The notes under the pieces: generated by a model | The model's input: the letters and a program-made list of their open reading frames with translations, nothing else | What the model was told of the DNA's origin: nothing | Database searches by the model: none | DNA from: a virus | Lineage: Duplodnaviria; Caudoviricetes | DNA: 64,000 bases | Strand: one strand, 5' to 3' | IMG/VR virus record: IMGVR_UViG_2806310948_000001 | Span: 8,187-72,186 of that record | Part shown: positions 28,852 to 40,100 of the stretch, one piece after another | Layout of the letters: each line of letters begins with the position of its first letter | Numbering within the stretch: the stretch's first letter is position 1 | Program-made: the position numbers and the translations under genes

Positions 28852-30066
28852 TTGGCGACAAAACTTGAAGATCTGCATATAAAGAAAGTTGATTTTGTGG
28901 ACCAGGGAGCTAACCAGATGGCAAATATTAAGATAAAGAAAAGCAAGGACGGGGAAGAAATTCCGAATCCGGAGATAGGTCTTTTCAAACGATTTGTGAA
29001 CTGGATTACGGGTGAATTGAGTAAGCCAGGCTCAGAAATTACGAAATCAGCAACAACATTCAATGAACAGATCAATGCTGTCAGCATGGATGCGATCAGA
29101 GATGAAATCTGGTCCACTTGCTATGCACTGCAGAACTCATTGAATTCTATCTTGTGTGATGCAGAGATGGACAGCTCTGCGAAACAGGCTGCAATGGAAA
29201 CAAGCACAGAACAGTTTGCAGAAGCTATGAAAGGGTATATCCCGAACTGGGCTTCTGGCACAGCGACGAATATCAGAAAGAATCTGACTACACCAGATGA
29301 AACAGATCTTCAGATGGTTATGAAAGCACATAAGAATCTGACAGATATTATTGAAAAATCAAACGAAGATAATGAGAAAGGGGAATTGGAAGACATGCTT
29401 AAAATCAACAAGTCTAAAATGACCGCAGAAGAAAGGGCTGCTTATGAAGAGCTGATCAAGAAATATGCAGTAGAAACAGAAGAACAGACAGAAGAACCGG
29501 TTGGAAAGAGCGCACCTAAAGTGGAGGATCCGGATATTGTAGATGATTCCGAAGTTACGAAAACTCAGAAGTCAGTAACACCGCCGCCAGCAGCACCTAC
29601 AACAGAGACAAGTGCAGACACCGGAGATGATATCTACAAAGGATTACATCCTGCTGTAAGAGCAAGATTAGAGGCTCTGGAAAAGAGAGCGGCAGAAGCA
29701 GAAGAAAGAGAGCTTCTTGATGTCGCAAAGAAATATGAGATTGTCGGAGAAAAGCCGGAAGAATTAGTGAAAACTCTGAAGTCTTTAAAGGATGCAGGCG
29801 GAACCGCATACAATGATATGATTAGCGTTCTGGACAGAAGCGTTGCTATGGTTGAGCAGTCTGGCGTATTTAGCGAAATTGGGAAGTCCTTCTCAGGCAA
29901 TCCTGTAGCATCTATTAAGAAGTCTGCAGCAGAAAGTAAGATCGATACTATTGCAAAGGGATATATGGAAAAAGACTCTGCTCTGACATATAATGCAGCT
30001 CTTGCAAAAGCGTGGGAGGATCATCCAGAACTCTTGGATGAATATGAAGCAGAAGCGGGTTATTGA
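28852..30066 (+). CDS. Putative capsid scaffolding protein
   Basis: TTG start after GGAGG; N-terminal VDFVDQGAN; acidic coiled-coil; upstream of capsid genes. Confidence 0.65.
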   Translation: MATKLEDLHIKKVDFVDQGANQMANIKIKKSKDGEEIPNPEIGLFKRFVNWITGELSKPGSEITKSATTFNEQINAVSMDAIRDEIWSTCYALQNSLNSILCDAEMDSSAKQAAMETSTEQFAEAMKGYIPNWASGTATNIRKNLTTPDETDLQMVMKAHKNLTDIIEKSNEDNEKGELEDMLKINKSKMTAEERAAYEELIKKYAVETEEQTEEPVGKSAPKVEDPDIVDDSEVTKTQKSVTPPPAAPTTETSADTGDDIYKGLHPAVRARLEALEKRAAEAEERELLDVAKKYEIVGEKPEELVKTLKSLKDAGGTAYNDMISVLDRSVAMVEQSGVFSEIGKSFSGNPVASIKKSAAESKIDTIAKGYMEKDSALTYNAALAKAWEDHPELLDEYEAEAGY

Positions 30067-30083
30067 GAAAGGAGTGAAGAAAG

Positions 30084-30512
30084 ATGGGTACAAACTTTAA
30101 CGGAACAATGATCAACCAGTCTGTGACTATCGCAGAAAAGGCAGGAGCTGATATTGCAGATGTCCGCAATCTTATTCTGAAATATGATGAAGATGGAAAT
30201 GTAGTGATCGCCGCAAACGGAACAGCACCCCTGCTCGGCTTATCTATTATCGAAGGTGGCTACAACGATATTTCTGGTGCTGAATCAGGAAAAGTAAAGA
30301 AAGGTGATGATCTTGAAATCCAGATCAAGGACATTGGCTATGCAATTGCGTCTGCGGAAATCAAAAAAGGACAGGAAGTCACAGCCGCCACAGGTGGAAA
30401 GGCAGCAGTAGCTAAAGCGGGAGAGTACGTGATTGGTGTTGCCCTCAATTCTGTGTCTGCCGGAGGATACAGCAGAATCCAGATTGCAAAATATCAGAAA
30501 GCAAAAGCGTAA
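30084..30512 (+). CDS. Head decoration / capsid cement (DUF2190-like)
   Basis: Small Gly/Ala-rich beta protein before the major capsid; IGVALN. Confidence 0.7.
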   Translation: MGTNFNGTMINQSVTIAEKAGADIADVRNLILKYDEDGNVVIAANGTAPLLGLSIIEGGYNDISGAESGKVKKGDDLEIQIKDIGYAIASAEIKKGQEVTAATGGKAAVAKAGEYVIGVALNSVSAGGYSRIQIAKYQKAKA

Positions 30513-30527
30513 AGGAGGAATGTAAAC

Positions 30528-31553
30528 ATGAGAAATACAACAGCGGGAATTAAGGCTGAAATCGCAAAAGGCGTGTTCAGACCTCACACAGCACTTACTA
30601 ACATGGCACTGGCTTATTACCAGAATGCCAGCAATTATTTCGCAAAAGCTCTTTTTCCAACCTGCCCGGTAGGTCTTTCTTCTGACAATTACTACATTTT
30701 CAGCAGAGAAGATCTCCTGAGAGATAACTGGCAGAGAAAACCGGCATATGGCAAAGTTGACCCGACAACAATTGGCGAAAGCACTGACAACTATGTCTGC
30801 AAAGTAGATCAGATGATTATGGGTATCGACCAGATTCGCCAGACCGACCTTTCCAGACGTCAGGGCCCATCTATCATTCAGCCTAAGCAGCAGCGCACTA
30901 GAACAATTGCAGAACAGGCAAACATCCATCAGGACCGTTTATTTGCCGCAAGCTATTTCAAAGAAGGAGCATGGAAGAACGAACTTGAGGGTGTTGATAA
31001 CACCACTCCAAGCACGAACCAGTTCATTAAGTTCAGCAATGCAAATTCCGACCCTATTGCATTTATCGATAAAGAGAAGACTGACATGAACCAGCAGACA
31101 GGCCGTATGCCAAATCGCCTTGGCCTCGGTATCAATGTATTTAATGCCTTGAAGGTGCACCCAGGCATTCTCGAAAGGGTTAAGTACGGTGGAAGCACTG
31201 CAAATCCGGCATCTGTAACAGAGAATGTGCTTGCACAGCTGTTTGGCGTTGAAAAGATTGTGGTGCTTAAATCTATTATGAACAGTGCAAGCATGGGCGC
31301 AGATGAAGATATGCAGTATATCGGAGATCCGAACGCATTTCTACTGGCTTATGCAACTAACACACCGAGTATCGATGAACCGTCTGCAGGTTATATCTTC
31401 ACATGGGATATGCTCGGCAATGGACAGATGCTTCCGATCCTGAACTATCTTGGAGAGAATGGCACACATACTGAGTACATTGAAGGCCTTATGGCGACAG
31501 ATATGAAGAAGACATCTGACGATCTTGCAAGATTTTATAAAGCTGCAGTTTAA
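30528..31553 (+). CDS. Major capsid protein
   Basis: 341 aa, position; LTNMALAYYQ; GRMPNRLGLG. Confidence 0.8.
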   Translation: MRNTTAGIKAEIAKGVFRPHTALTNMALAYYQNASNYFAKALFPTCPVGLSSDNYYIFSREDLLRDNWQRKPAYGKVDPTTIGESTDNYVCKVDQMIMGIDQIRQTDLSRRQGPSIIQPKQQRTRTIAEQANIHQDRLFAASYFKEGAWKNELEGVDNTTPSTNQFIKFSNANSDPIAFIDKEKTDMNQQTGRMPNRLGLGINVFNALKVHPGILERVKYGGSTANPASVTENVLAQLFGVEKIVVLKSIMNSASMGADEDMQYIGDPNAFLLAYATNTPSIDEPSAGYIFTWDMLGNGQMLPILNYLGENGTHTEYIEGLMATDMKKTSDDLARFYKAAV

Positions 31554-31563
31554 GGAGGAACCT

Positions 31564-31998
31564 ATGAAACTTGTTGCAAACAAGCCATGCAATCTGAATG
31601 GAAAGAAGTATTTCATCGGTGAAGAAGTCCCGGTTGAAGAAGTGGTTGATTACGCCAGTTTGGTAAAGATGGGACTGTTATCAGTGATTCATGACGCTGT
31701 TCCGGCGGATAATCTTGAAGAATGTGTTGCTATGGTGGGAGAGGTAAGCTTTACCGTTCCAATTGTCAAAGGTCACGAGACGATTGATTTGGACGTTACA
31801 GAGCCTCAGATGCAGGATGCAGTAAAAACTATGCAGATGAATGCAGATGCTGCTATAGCTCATATTAGAGGGGATGTAGAGGATAATATAACCCTTATTG
31901 TAATTAACGCACTTGATTCAAGAAAAACTGTAAAAGAAGCAGCTGAATCAAAGGCAAAAGCTCTTATTGAGCAGGAAGAAAGTACAGGTGATGCCTGA
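31564..31998 (+). CDS. Hypothetical head-associated protein
   Basis: RBS; position after capsid gene. Confidence 0.55.
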   Translation: MKLVANKPCNLNGKKYFIGEEVPVEEVVDYASLVKMGLLSVIHDAVPADNLEECVAMVGEVSFTVPIVKGHETIDLDVTEPQMQDAVKTMQMNADAAIAHIRGDVEDNITLIVINALDSRKTVKEAAESKAKALIEQEESTGDA

Positions 31999-32432
31999 TG
32001 GCAGGAACTTATACATATGAACCTGCCATGATCACATCGTATGGAAAAGACCGAATGAGGTTTGAACTTGGAGATGTGATGGTAGATGGAAGAGAGAGAA
32101 CTTGTGCATTGTCAGACGAGGAATACATTGTTTTATGCGATGATGTTCAGTCTGCGAAAGATTGGAAACGGGCAAAATTAAAGTGCCTTGAAAGCATATT
32201 TCGCAGATTTTCTTTTGAACCTGATACAACGGTTGGCCCTACATCATTCAAATTTGGTGATAGGGCTAAATTGTGGCAGGAAGAGTATGAGGCGTTAAGG
32301 AAAGAGCTTCGTCTTGCTTCAGTATCTCCTTCGGCGATTCTGATGAATGCGGGAGATATGAGCAAACAGCCACCACCGTATTTTTATAACGGAATGATGA
32401 GCCATGAAGAGAGCGAGGGTGATGATATATGA
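31998..32432 (+). CDS. Head-tail adaptor-like protein
   Basis: DRMRFELGD...LSDEE pattern and position. Confidence 0.65.
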   Translation: MAGTYTYEPAMITSYGKDRMRFELGDVMVDGRERTCALSDEEYIVLCDDVQSAKDWKRAKLKCLESIFRRFSFEPDTTVGPTSFKFGDRAKLWQEEYEALRKELRLASVSPSAILMNAGDMSKQPPPYFYNGMMSHEESEGDDI

Positions 32433-32791
32433 TAAGCCCATTTGGCCTGATGTATCTAAGGCCAGGAAGCTTATGGACGGATTTTGTGGTAAGACGAAAG
32501 AGCATTCGCAACATACTCGGACATCCTGTGTCAGATTTTGAAGCGAAAGGCGAGATATCAGGAATACTTGCTGAAGCATCTACACATGAATCTGAAAGGA
32601 TGAAACACAGGTGGGATCAGGAACAACATTCTTTAACCCACACTCTTGTTATCCGGGATTCTGCAGATGTAAAGCAGGGAGACTATTTGACTACTGCGGG
32701 CAGAACCTTTCTCGTTCTTTTATCTGAGGATCCCGGAAACCTTGGAGCAACTGGCTTAATATATCTCGAAGAAAGGAATGATCTGAAATGA
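32429..32791 (+). CDS. Head closure-like protein
   Basis: Size and position. Confidence 0.55.
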   Translation: MISPFGLMYLRPGSLWTDFVVRRKSIRNILGHPVSDFEAKGEISGILAEASTHESERMKHRWDQEQHSLTHTLVIRDSADVKQGDYLTTAGRTFLVLLSEDPGNLGATGLIYLEERNDLK

Positions 32792-33147
32792 CGCCTGCCG
32801 AAGCAGCAGAAGCAGTAAAAGTTCAAGTTCAAACAGACAAGGAACGGATAGAGCAGCAGGTGATCGCAAGATATCCAAGGGCTTCAAATGCCCTTAGAAA
32901 TGCTGCATTATCTGTACTGGCAAATCCAAGCCCGTCAGCTCCGGGCAGTCCACCGGGTGTTCGGAGCGGCAATTTAAGACGAAACTGGAATATGAGTGGC
33001 GGTGCGGTATGCATTACGTCAGGCATGGGATACGCTGGTTATCTGGAACATGGTACCAGCAAGATGGCAGCTCGTCCTTTTGTAGACAAGATACAGCAGA
33101 CTGCATTGCCGAATATCATGGCTATATTTGCAGAGATAGGAGGCTGA
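32788..33147 (+). CDS. HK97 gp10-like tail completion protein
   Basis: SAPGSPPGVRSGNLRR; YAGYLEHGTSKMAARPF. Confidence 0.8.
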   Translation: MTPAEAAEAVKVQVQTDKERIEQQVIARYPRASNALRNAALSVLANPSPSAPGSPPGVRSGNLRRNWNMSGGAVCITSGMGYAGYLEHGTSKMAARPFVDKIQQTALPNIMAIFAEIGG

Positions 33148-33148
33148 C

Positions 33149-33433
33149 ATGCTGATTAATCATATTGAACGAATAGAATTCGATATGGACGAAGTACGCA
33201 GAGGAACACTCATATATGCAAAGCACAGAACATGGAAAGAAGGAATGCCTGGCATTGTTTATCATGTTTCTGAGGAACGGATAACAGTCATGTTCCCGAA
33301 TGAGAAGACAAACACCCAAAATCATTTCTTCATACCTGTTTCAGAAGTTTATAAAAATGAGTGGGAAATAAGATATTCAAGCGATGGCCTTCGTACAGTT
33401 CAGGAATACAGGGAGGCTGCGAATGAATCTTAG
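33149..33433 (+). CDS. Hypothetical protein
   Basis: GGAGG RBS; coupled. Confidence 0.55.
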   Translation: MLINHIERIEFDMDEVRRGTLIYAKHRTWKEGMPGIVYHVSEERITVMFPNEKTNTQNHFFIPVSEVYKNEWEIRYSSDGLRTVQEYREAANES

Positions 33434-34292
33434 TGAACTGATTTTTAAACGTCTTTCTGCAGACGAAAATTTGCAGACAATGCTTGCTACATATGCCGGA
33501 GCACCTGCAATTTTTGATTCTGAGTTTCCGGCAGACCAGCAGGAAGGATGGGAAGGAGCCACGCAGTATCCGAGGATATGCTACCGTATTGATATGCAGG
33601 TCAATCAGGAACGATCATCGGCGGGAACCTTGTATGTTGCAATGTATACGGATAAAACCAGCACAATAATCGAAGATATTGAAACAGCTGTGAAGCACTG
33701 CCTTCAGGACGTACTGATGAAGCCGGCAGGAGAAGCACCGTTTTGCGTGGCATGGGCGCGTACAGAATCATATGCGATTGAGGGAAAAGAGGTGTGGTGC
33801 AAAGAAATGGCATTTGACATCCTCGAATACTCAGAGCAATTCAGCACGGATCCTGATCCGGTTCTTGCGGTAGCTGCGTATATCAAAAAGATATTTCCAG
33901 AAACAATTGTGCTTGGCATAGACAATGTTGGAGATTTTGTCGAAACCTCTAAAACGCCAGTGTTCTATTGTAGGTTGGCACATTTAGCGCATACAACAGG
34001 GCATTGCATGAATACGATTTCATGGTTTATAGGGAAAATCGCAGTACATCTGATTTATCCGGGAGCTGGCACAAGGTTAAAGACACTTGCATCTATCAAT
34101 CAGAAGGTAGCCATAGATGAGGAGATAATCATGCTGGATGACTCCCCTATGACTATTCAGGGATTAGAACTGAATAATAAGTCAGATTACCTCAGAGAGG
34201 GACAGCTGACTATAACTGGTAAATATGGATGTCTCAGATGCAGTGTGAAAAAACATAATATTGCAAGAATAGGCATGGAATTCACAAATTGA
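33423..34292 (+). CDS. Putative tail terminator protein
   Basis: Position before sheath; 289 aa. Confidence 0.55.
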   Translation: MNLSELIFKRLSADENLQTMLATYAGAPAIFDSEFPADQQEGWEGATQYPRICYRIDMQVNQERSSAGTLYVAMYTDKTSTIIEDIETAVKHCLQDVLMKPAGEAPFCVAWARTESYAIEGKEVWCKEMAFDILEYSEQFSTDPDPVLAVAAYIKKIFPETIVLGIDNVGDFVETSKTPVFYCRLAHLAHTTGHCMNTISWFIGKIAVHLIYPGAGTRLKTLASINQKVAIDEEIIMLDDSPMTIQGLELNNKSDYLREGQLTITGKYGCLRCSVKKHNIARIGMEFTN

Positions 34293-34303
34293 AAGGAGAA
34301 GCA

Positions 34304-34528
34304 ATGGCAGAAACAAAGAAAACAAATGCTCCGGAAGAAACAAAAGAAGTTCTTCCGGCAGAGAAAGAAACGGAATATGGGGTAGATGAGCTGATTGCCG
34401 CACGCGATCAGCTTTTTTCTTGCCCTGATTGCGCGATGGTGGCACTGAAACTGTCAAAAAAGAAAAGCATGACTGTTTCAGAAGCCGAGAAGCTTGTCGA
34501 AGAATTTATGAAGAAGGAGGTCAAATAA
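34304..34528 (+). CDS. Small tail-associated protein
   Basis: RBS; immediately upstream of sheath. Confidence 0.55.
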   Translation: MAETKKTNAPEETKEVLPAEKETEYGVDELIAARDQLFSCPDCAMVALKLSKKKSMTVSEAEKLVEEFMKKEVK

Positions 34529-35937
34529 TGGCGGAATATTTCCAGATTCCTGAAGTAGGTACAAAAGTTCGACCAGGAAGTTATTTCAACGTAGATAAGA
34601 ATGGTGACGATGATTCTTTCGGGGCAATTGACGGAGTTGTTGTAGCTGTGTTTAAAGCAACGTTTGGACCAGTAGATAAAGTAACAGTCTTAGAGAGAGG
34701 AGACGATTACACAACAATCTACGGAGATGGATTAACGACTGACCTGATTCGTGAAGTTCTGTATGGTGGTGCAAAGAAAGTTATTTGCTGTCGCCTTAAT
34801 GGAACGGGCGGAGCTGTGGCGAGCGTAAGTCTTACAGCTGCAACTGGAAAAGTTAAGATCACAGCAAAACATCCAGGAGAGATGCCATTTTCTGTAACTA
34901 TTAGAAACCGCTTAACTGACAAAGACAGGAAAGAATGCATTATCTATACAGGAACTACTGAATTTGAAAAAGTATATTTTTCAGCAGGCGATAATGAAGC
35001 TGCAAGTCTTGTAAGTGCTTTTGCAAATTCAAAGAATTTCACGGCTAATCTTGAAGAATCTGCAAAAGGAATCATGACTAATGTGAATCAGACAGCGTTT
35101 ACGGGAGGAAAGAATCCTACAGTAGCAACTGCCAATTATTCAGCTGCTTTTTCACAGGCAGAAAAATATTTCTTCAATACAATTTGTGTTGATACAGAAG
35201 ATACAGCAGTACATGCGCTGTTACAGGCATTTCTGGACAGAATTTATGAAACCAGTCAGTTTGGGATTGGAGTTGTTGCAGAGAAAGATAACAAAGATTT
35301 AGACGAAAGAATGAATGCGGCAGCAGGATTTGATGGTGAGAATATAGTTTATGTTCTCAATCCAAAAGTCTTTATCAATGAGGGAACTCTGGATGGATAT
35401 CAGACTGCCGGCTTGATTGCTGGACTTATTGCAGCAACTCCTGCAAATCAGGCAGTGACTCATATGGTGATTACTCGATATGTAGATCTTGCAGAACCGC
35501 TTACAAATACTCAGATTATAAAAGCGGAACTGAAGGGATGCTTGGTCCTTAGTAAGTCTACAGAAGATGAGGTATGGATTGATGCTGGAATCAATACACT
35601 GATCAATCTTCCAGATAACAAAGATAAAGGTTGGAAGAAAATCCGCCGTGTAAGAACAAGATATGAGTTATTGTACAGAGCAAATGCCCAGTCCGACGCT
35701 TTAGTTGGAAAAGTCGATCCTGATAAAAATGGAAAAGCCACTATTATTGGAAAAATTCAGGGAATTATCAATGCCATGATCAAAGAAAAAAAATTAACAG
35801 CAGGAACAGTAACTGAGAGCACGACTTATATTGCAGACGCAGATAACTGTTATTTTGACCTTGATATCATTGATAAGGATTCTGCGGAACATATTTACTC
35901 ATTCTATAAGTTTAGATTCAGTACCAATGCAGAGTAA
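34528..35937 (+). CDS. Tail sheath protein
   Basis: KVRPGSYFN start; GINTL...WKKIRRVRT. Confidence 0.9.
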   Translation: MAEYFQIPEVGTKVRPGSYFNVDKNGDDDSFGAIDGVVVAVFKATFGPVDKVTVLERGDDYTTIYGDGLTTDLIREVLYGGAKKVICCRLNGTGGAVASVSLTAATGKVKITAKHPGEMPFSVTIRNRLTDKDRKECIIYTGTTEFEKVYFSAGDNEAASLVSAFANSKNFTANLEESAKGIMTNVNQTAFTGGKNPTVATANYSAAFSQAEKYFFNTICVDTEDTAVHALLQAFLDRIYETSQFGIGVVAEKDNKDLDERMNAAAGFDGENIVYVLNPKVFINEGTLDGYQTAGLIAGLIAATPANQAVTHMVITRYVDLAEPLTNTQIIKAELKGCLVLSKSTEDEVWIDAGINTLINLPDNKDKGWKKIRRVRTRYELLYRANAQSDALVGKVDPDKNGKATIIGKIQGIINAMIKEKKLTAGTVTESTTYIADADNCYFDLDIIDKDSAEHIYSFYKFRFSTNAE

Positions 35938-35951
35938 AGGAGGAAAGGTGA

Positions 35952-36407
35952 ATGTTAAATACAAGTGCTGCAACAGACGCGAGACATAGTCGTTCAGGTA
36001 AAGATGCCATGCTTTACAATGCAGATGGGGTTCCGTTTGCGCAGGTAAGCAGTTTTCAGTCGAAAACATCTTTTAATAATACCAAATATCAGCCATTAGG
36101 ACAGAACAGAGAACTGGAAACAAACAATACTATTGGAGTCACGATTACAATTTCGGAGATCGTTGTTCTGGATGGCGAATTATTCAACAATGTTGTTAGT
36201 GCGGTAAATAAAGGAGAAAGCCCGGTTATGACTTTAGATGGAGTTATTGAAGGGCGTAATGGCTCCCAGGAACGCATTACATATCGTGAATGTATCTTTA
36301 GCGGCGACCAGGATCTGCAGAATGTAAGTACAGGAGATACATTATCAAGATCTTATAATCTGCACTGCAACGGGGAAGTAGAACCCCGTTCATCACTGAC
36401 AATTTGA
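35952..36407 (+). CDS. Tail tube protein (XkdM-like)
   Basis: 151 aa directly after sheath. Confidence 0.8.
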   Translation: MLNTSAATDARHSRSGKDAMLYNADGVPFAQVSSFQSKTSFNNTKYQPLGQNRELETNNTIGVTITISEIVVLDGELFNNVVSAVNKGESPVMTLDGVIEGRNGSQERITYRECIFSGDQDLQNVSTGDTLSRSYNLHCNGEVEPRSSLTI

Positions 36408-36422
36408 TATCTGGTCAACACA

Positions 36423-36453
36423 AGGGTGGCTAAAACTGGCCACCCTTATTTTT
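36423..36453 (+). terminator. Intrinsic terminator-like hairpin between tube and chaperone genes
   Basis: AGGGTGGC...GCCACCCT followed by TATTTTT. Confidence 0.6.
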
Positions 36454-36474
36454 ATAAACGGAGGAAAATAATAC

Positions 36475-37029
36475 ATGGCAAGAACTGCAAATATCGAAAA
36501 TGAAGAACCAAGAACAACTGAAATTGATATGACAGAAGCTGAGGCAGATGAAGTATTAAAAGCTGATATGGCGGCAAATGAGGCGGGTTATCTGGCGGGT
36601 CTTTTGGATGCGGCAGAAAATGCGGAAGAAGAGACAAAGAAAATTGAGATTGTCCGTAATGGGAAGCTTTATTTTGTCTTCTCTATTCACGCATTAGCAG
36701 ATGAAACCCTGTATGAAATTCGTAAGAAATATACTAAGTATGCGAAAAATAAGAGAACTGGCACAAAGGTAGCTGAAGGAGTAGACAACGCGAAACTCCG
36801 TAGTTCTATGATTTACAATGCGACAATCGCAGAAGATCAGGAAAAACTGTGGAACAACAAACAGGTTCAGGAAGCATTAAGACGGAGAGGAAAACACATT
36901 ATTAATGCCCTGGATGTTATTGATGCAGTACTGCTTCCGGGAGAAAAAGAGAACGTATTAGCTGTTCTGGACGAGCTTTCAGGCTACGATACAGAAGAAA
37001 CAAAGGTTGAAACAGCAAAAAACTTATAA
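36475..37029 (+). CDS. Tail assembly chaperone (XkdN-like), with -1 frameshift extension to 37187
   Basis: LLPGE motif; slippery A AAA AAC at 37017-37023; -1 frame open to TGA 37185-37187. Confidence 0.85.
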   Translation: MARTANIENEEPRTTEIDMTEAEADEVLKADMAANEAGYLAGLLDAAENAEEETKKIEIVRNGKLYFVFSIHALADETLYEIRKKYTKYAKNKRTGTKVAEGVDNAKLRSSMIYNATIAEDQEKLWNNKQVQEALRRRGKHIINALDVIDAVLLPGEKENVLAVLDELSGYDTEETKVETAKNL

Positions 37030-37183
37030 GGTCCGGCTACAAATCAGCCCTGTTGCACTGGATTTTCCAGAGACAGGGCATAAGGCCGGATGAGGTAATG
37101 GCCTTGCCCGTAGGGGTCAGAGCCTTTCTTTTTGCCTCTACAGAGGTATGGATTGAAGAAAATATCAAGAAAAATGAAAAGAG

Positions 37184-40100
37184 GTGAGATGCTTGGCAGA
37201 AACGATAAGGATAGAGATTCCTGTTAATGTAGTCGATAATACCGGTTCCGGAACGTCGAGTGTGACCAGGAATCTCACTGCAATGGAAAGAGCGTTCGAG
37301 AGAGCGGATAGGGCGGCACAACGATTCCAGCGTAGATCAGGCGTAGCGGCTGAGATAGAAATAGGAGCAGACGATAGCGCCACCCCGGTTCTTTCAGCTG
37401 TTGAAAATGCTACGGAGCAGATAGACGGAGAGACGGCACAAGTTGAAGTTGCGGCAGATGATTCTGCTACGCAGACGGTCAATGCTGCTTCGGATGCTGT
37501 AGAAAATTTTGACGGTACTTCCGGAGATGCAGAAATAGGAGCAGACGATAGCGCCACCCCGGTAGTATCCGCCGCTTCTGATGCGGTGGAGAATTTTGAT
37601 GGAATGAGCGGGGATGCCGAGATTGGAGCTTCTGATGAAGCTACACCAGTTATCCGGGCCGCACAGGATGCAGCAGAATCATGGGGAGGAAGCGTGTTTA
37701 ATGCTACCATTGGTGTCATAGATGCGGCAACCGCTCCTATTTCTGCGCTTGCAAGTGCAGCAAAAAATCCGGTTGTGCAAGGGGCATCGTTGATCGGTGC
37801 CAGTTTCGGTGTGGCAGAATCGGTTAATTCCTTCCAGGACTTCGAAGCTATGATGTCCCAGGTGAAAGCTATTTCTGGTGCAACAGGACAGGCATTCGAT
37901 AATCTGACCGCAAAAGCACAGGAGATGGGCGCAACGACCAAGTTTACGGCTACAGAATCAGCTGAGGCGTTTAATTACATGGCTATGGCAGGATGGAAGC
38001 CGCAACAGATGATAGATGGTATATCCGGTATTATGAGCCTTGCAGCAGCATCTGGAGAAGACCTTGGTACGACTTCCGATATTGTGACAGATGCGCTGAC
38101 AGCTTTCGGATTACAGGCGGGTGATGCAGGGCATTTTGCTGATGTTCTTGCTCAGGCGAGCGCCAATGCAAACACAAATGTGTCAATGCTTGGAGAATCG
38201 TTTAAATATGTCGCTCCTGTTGCTGGCGCTATGAATTACAGCGTTGAAGATACATCTCTTGCGCTTGGTTTAATGGCAAATGCAAGTATTAAAGGTAGCA
38301 TGGCCGGTACCGCACTTAAAACATCTTTGGCAAATATGGCGGCACCTACAGACAGCATGGCAGCAGCTATGGATAAATACGGAATCAGTCTTACGGATTC
38401 TGAGGGAAATATGAAATCCCTTCGAGGAGTAATAGATAATCTTCGAGGAAGCTTGGGTGGACTTTCTGAGACTGAGCAGACAGCAGCAGCTTCAACCATT
38501 TTCGGAAAAGAGGCCATGGCCGGCATGTTAGCAATCATCAACGCCAGTGAAGAGGATTACAACAAGCTGAGCACAGCAATTGGCAATTCAAAAGATGCGG
38601 CAGAGGGAATGGCTGATACGATGCTGGACAACCTTAAGGGTTCCTTTACATTAATGCAGAGCGCCATCGAAGGTACGGAGAATGCCTTTGGAAAACGGTT
38701 GTCTCCGTATTTAAGAGGAATTGCAGGTGGAATTACCGATATGATGCCTGAGATAACGAATGGAATCAATGCGGTTATGGATGTGGCAGATGATAAGATT
38801 GCAGGCGTAAAACGCAAGATCACTGACATGACCAGTTCTGATGAGTGGAAGAATGCGGATCTGTTTGGAAAGATAGACATAGCATGGGATTCAATAATCG
38901 CAAAGCCGTTCGGAAATTGGGTTTCTGGAGATGGCGCGCAATTAATCTCCAGTGGGCTTGGCACATTATTTTCAAGCGCAGCGGCTATTCTTCCGGGAGG
39001 TGAAAAAGCAGGACTAACATCGTGGTTAAGTGCAGGAGTTCTAGCGAAAGGAGCGGTGGCGATCGCACAAAAAGGGAAAAGTGTAGTGGAAACCCTATCC
39101 CCTATCGGAGATGCTATCAGTAATATTACAGAAGCTGCCGGAAGCGCAAACGATGTGATGGATTTCGCAAGTAATCTGGGTTCAATGATTCCTGTGGGAG
39201 CAAAAGTTGGACTTGCGGCAGCGGGAATTACAGCTGCGATTATAGGAATCAAACTTGCAATCGACAAGTATAACCAGACTCAGCTTGAGAATAGTTTGGA
39301 GGAACATTTTGGGAAGATTAAATTATCTGCAGACGAAGTCAAAGATGTGGCGGCAGGAATACTGAATCAGAAGTACCTTACCAATGTCGAACTGGCACTA
39401 AATGAAGTACAGAATGCCGACAATCTGAGAGCTGAAGCACAGAAAGCTTTAGAGTCAAATGATGTCCTTGAGTTCAAGAGCAGAGTTGGAATCACTTTGA
39501 CAGCTGATGAACAGCAGGAATATACGGATAATATTAATACTTTTGTTGAAAGTAAGATATCTGAACTGGAGAGCCGTACATTTGCGGCTCATATTCACGT
39601 TCAGACATATCTTGGAGGGACAGAAGATGGACAGACATTAGCCCAGAACATAAAGGAATGGGCTAGAGCGGACAATTTGGAATTATCCGATTTATCCAAC
39701 CAGCTGTCACAAAAAGTCTCAGAAGCCCTGAAAGACGGCATCATTGATGTGAATGAAGAAGAAGCTATTAGTGCATTGCAGGAGAAGATGAATAACATTA
39801 CTGCCCGCTGGAAAGAAGCCGAAGCACAAGCGCAGTGGGACTGGATTAACCAGAAATACGGACATATGAGTGCTGCTGACCTGGAAAGCGGTTCGTTCAC
39901 AGATTTGATGGATGAAATGCGAAGTCAGCGTGAGACCGCAATGGAAAGTGTTCAGGCGGATGTTACTCAGTGGTATTCAGAATTGAATGCCATGGAAGCT
40001 GCCGGAAGAATTACTCACGCACAGAATCAGAGTTATCAGGAGCAGACAGGGTGGTATGTAAGAGGACAGCAAGGCTCCGAATTAGCCAAGAGCCTTGAAC

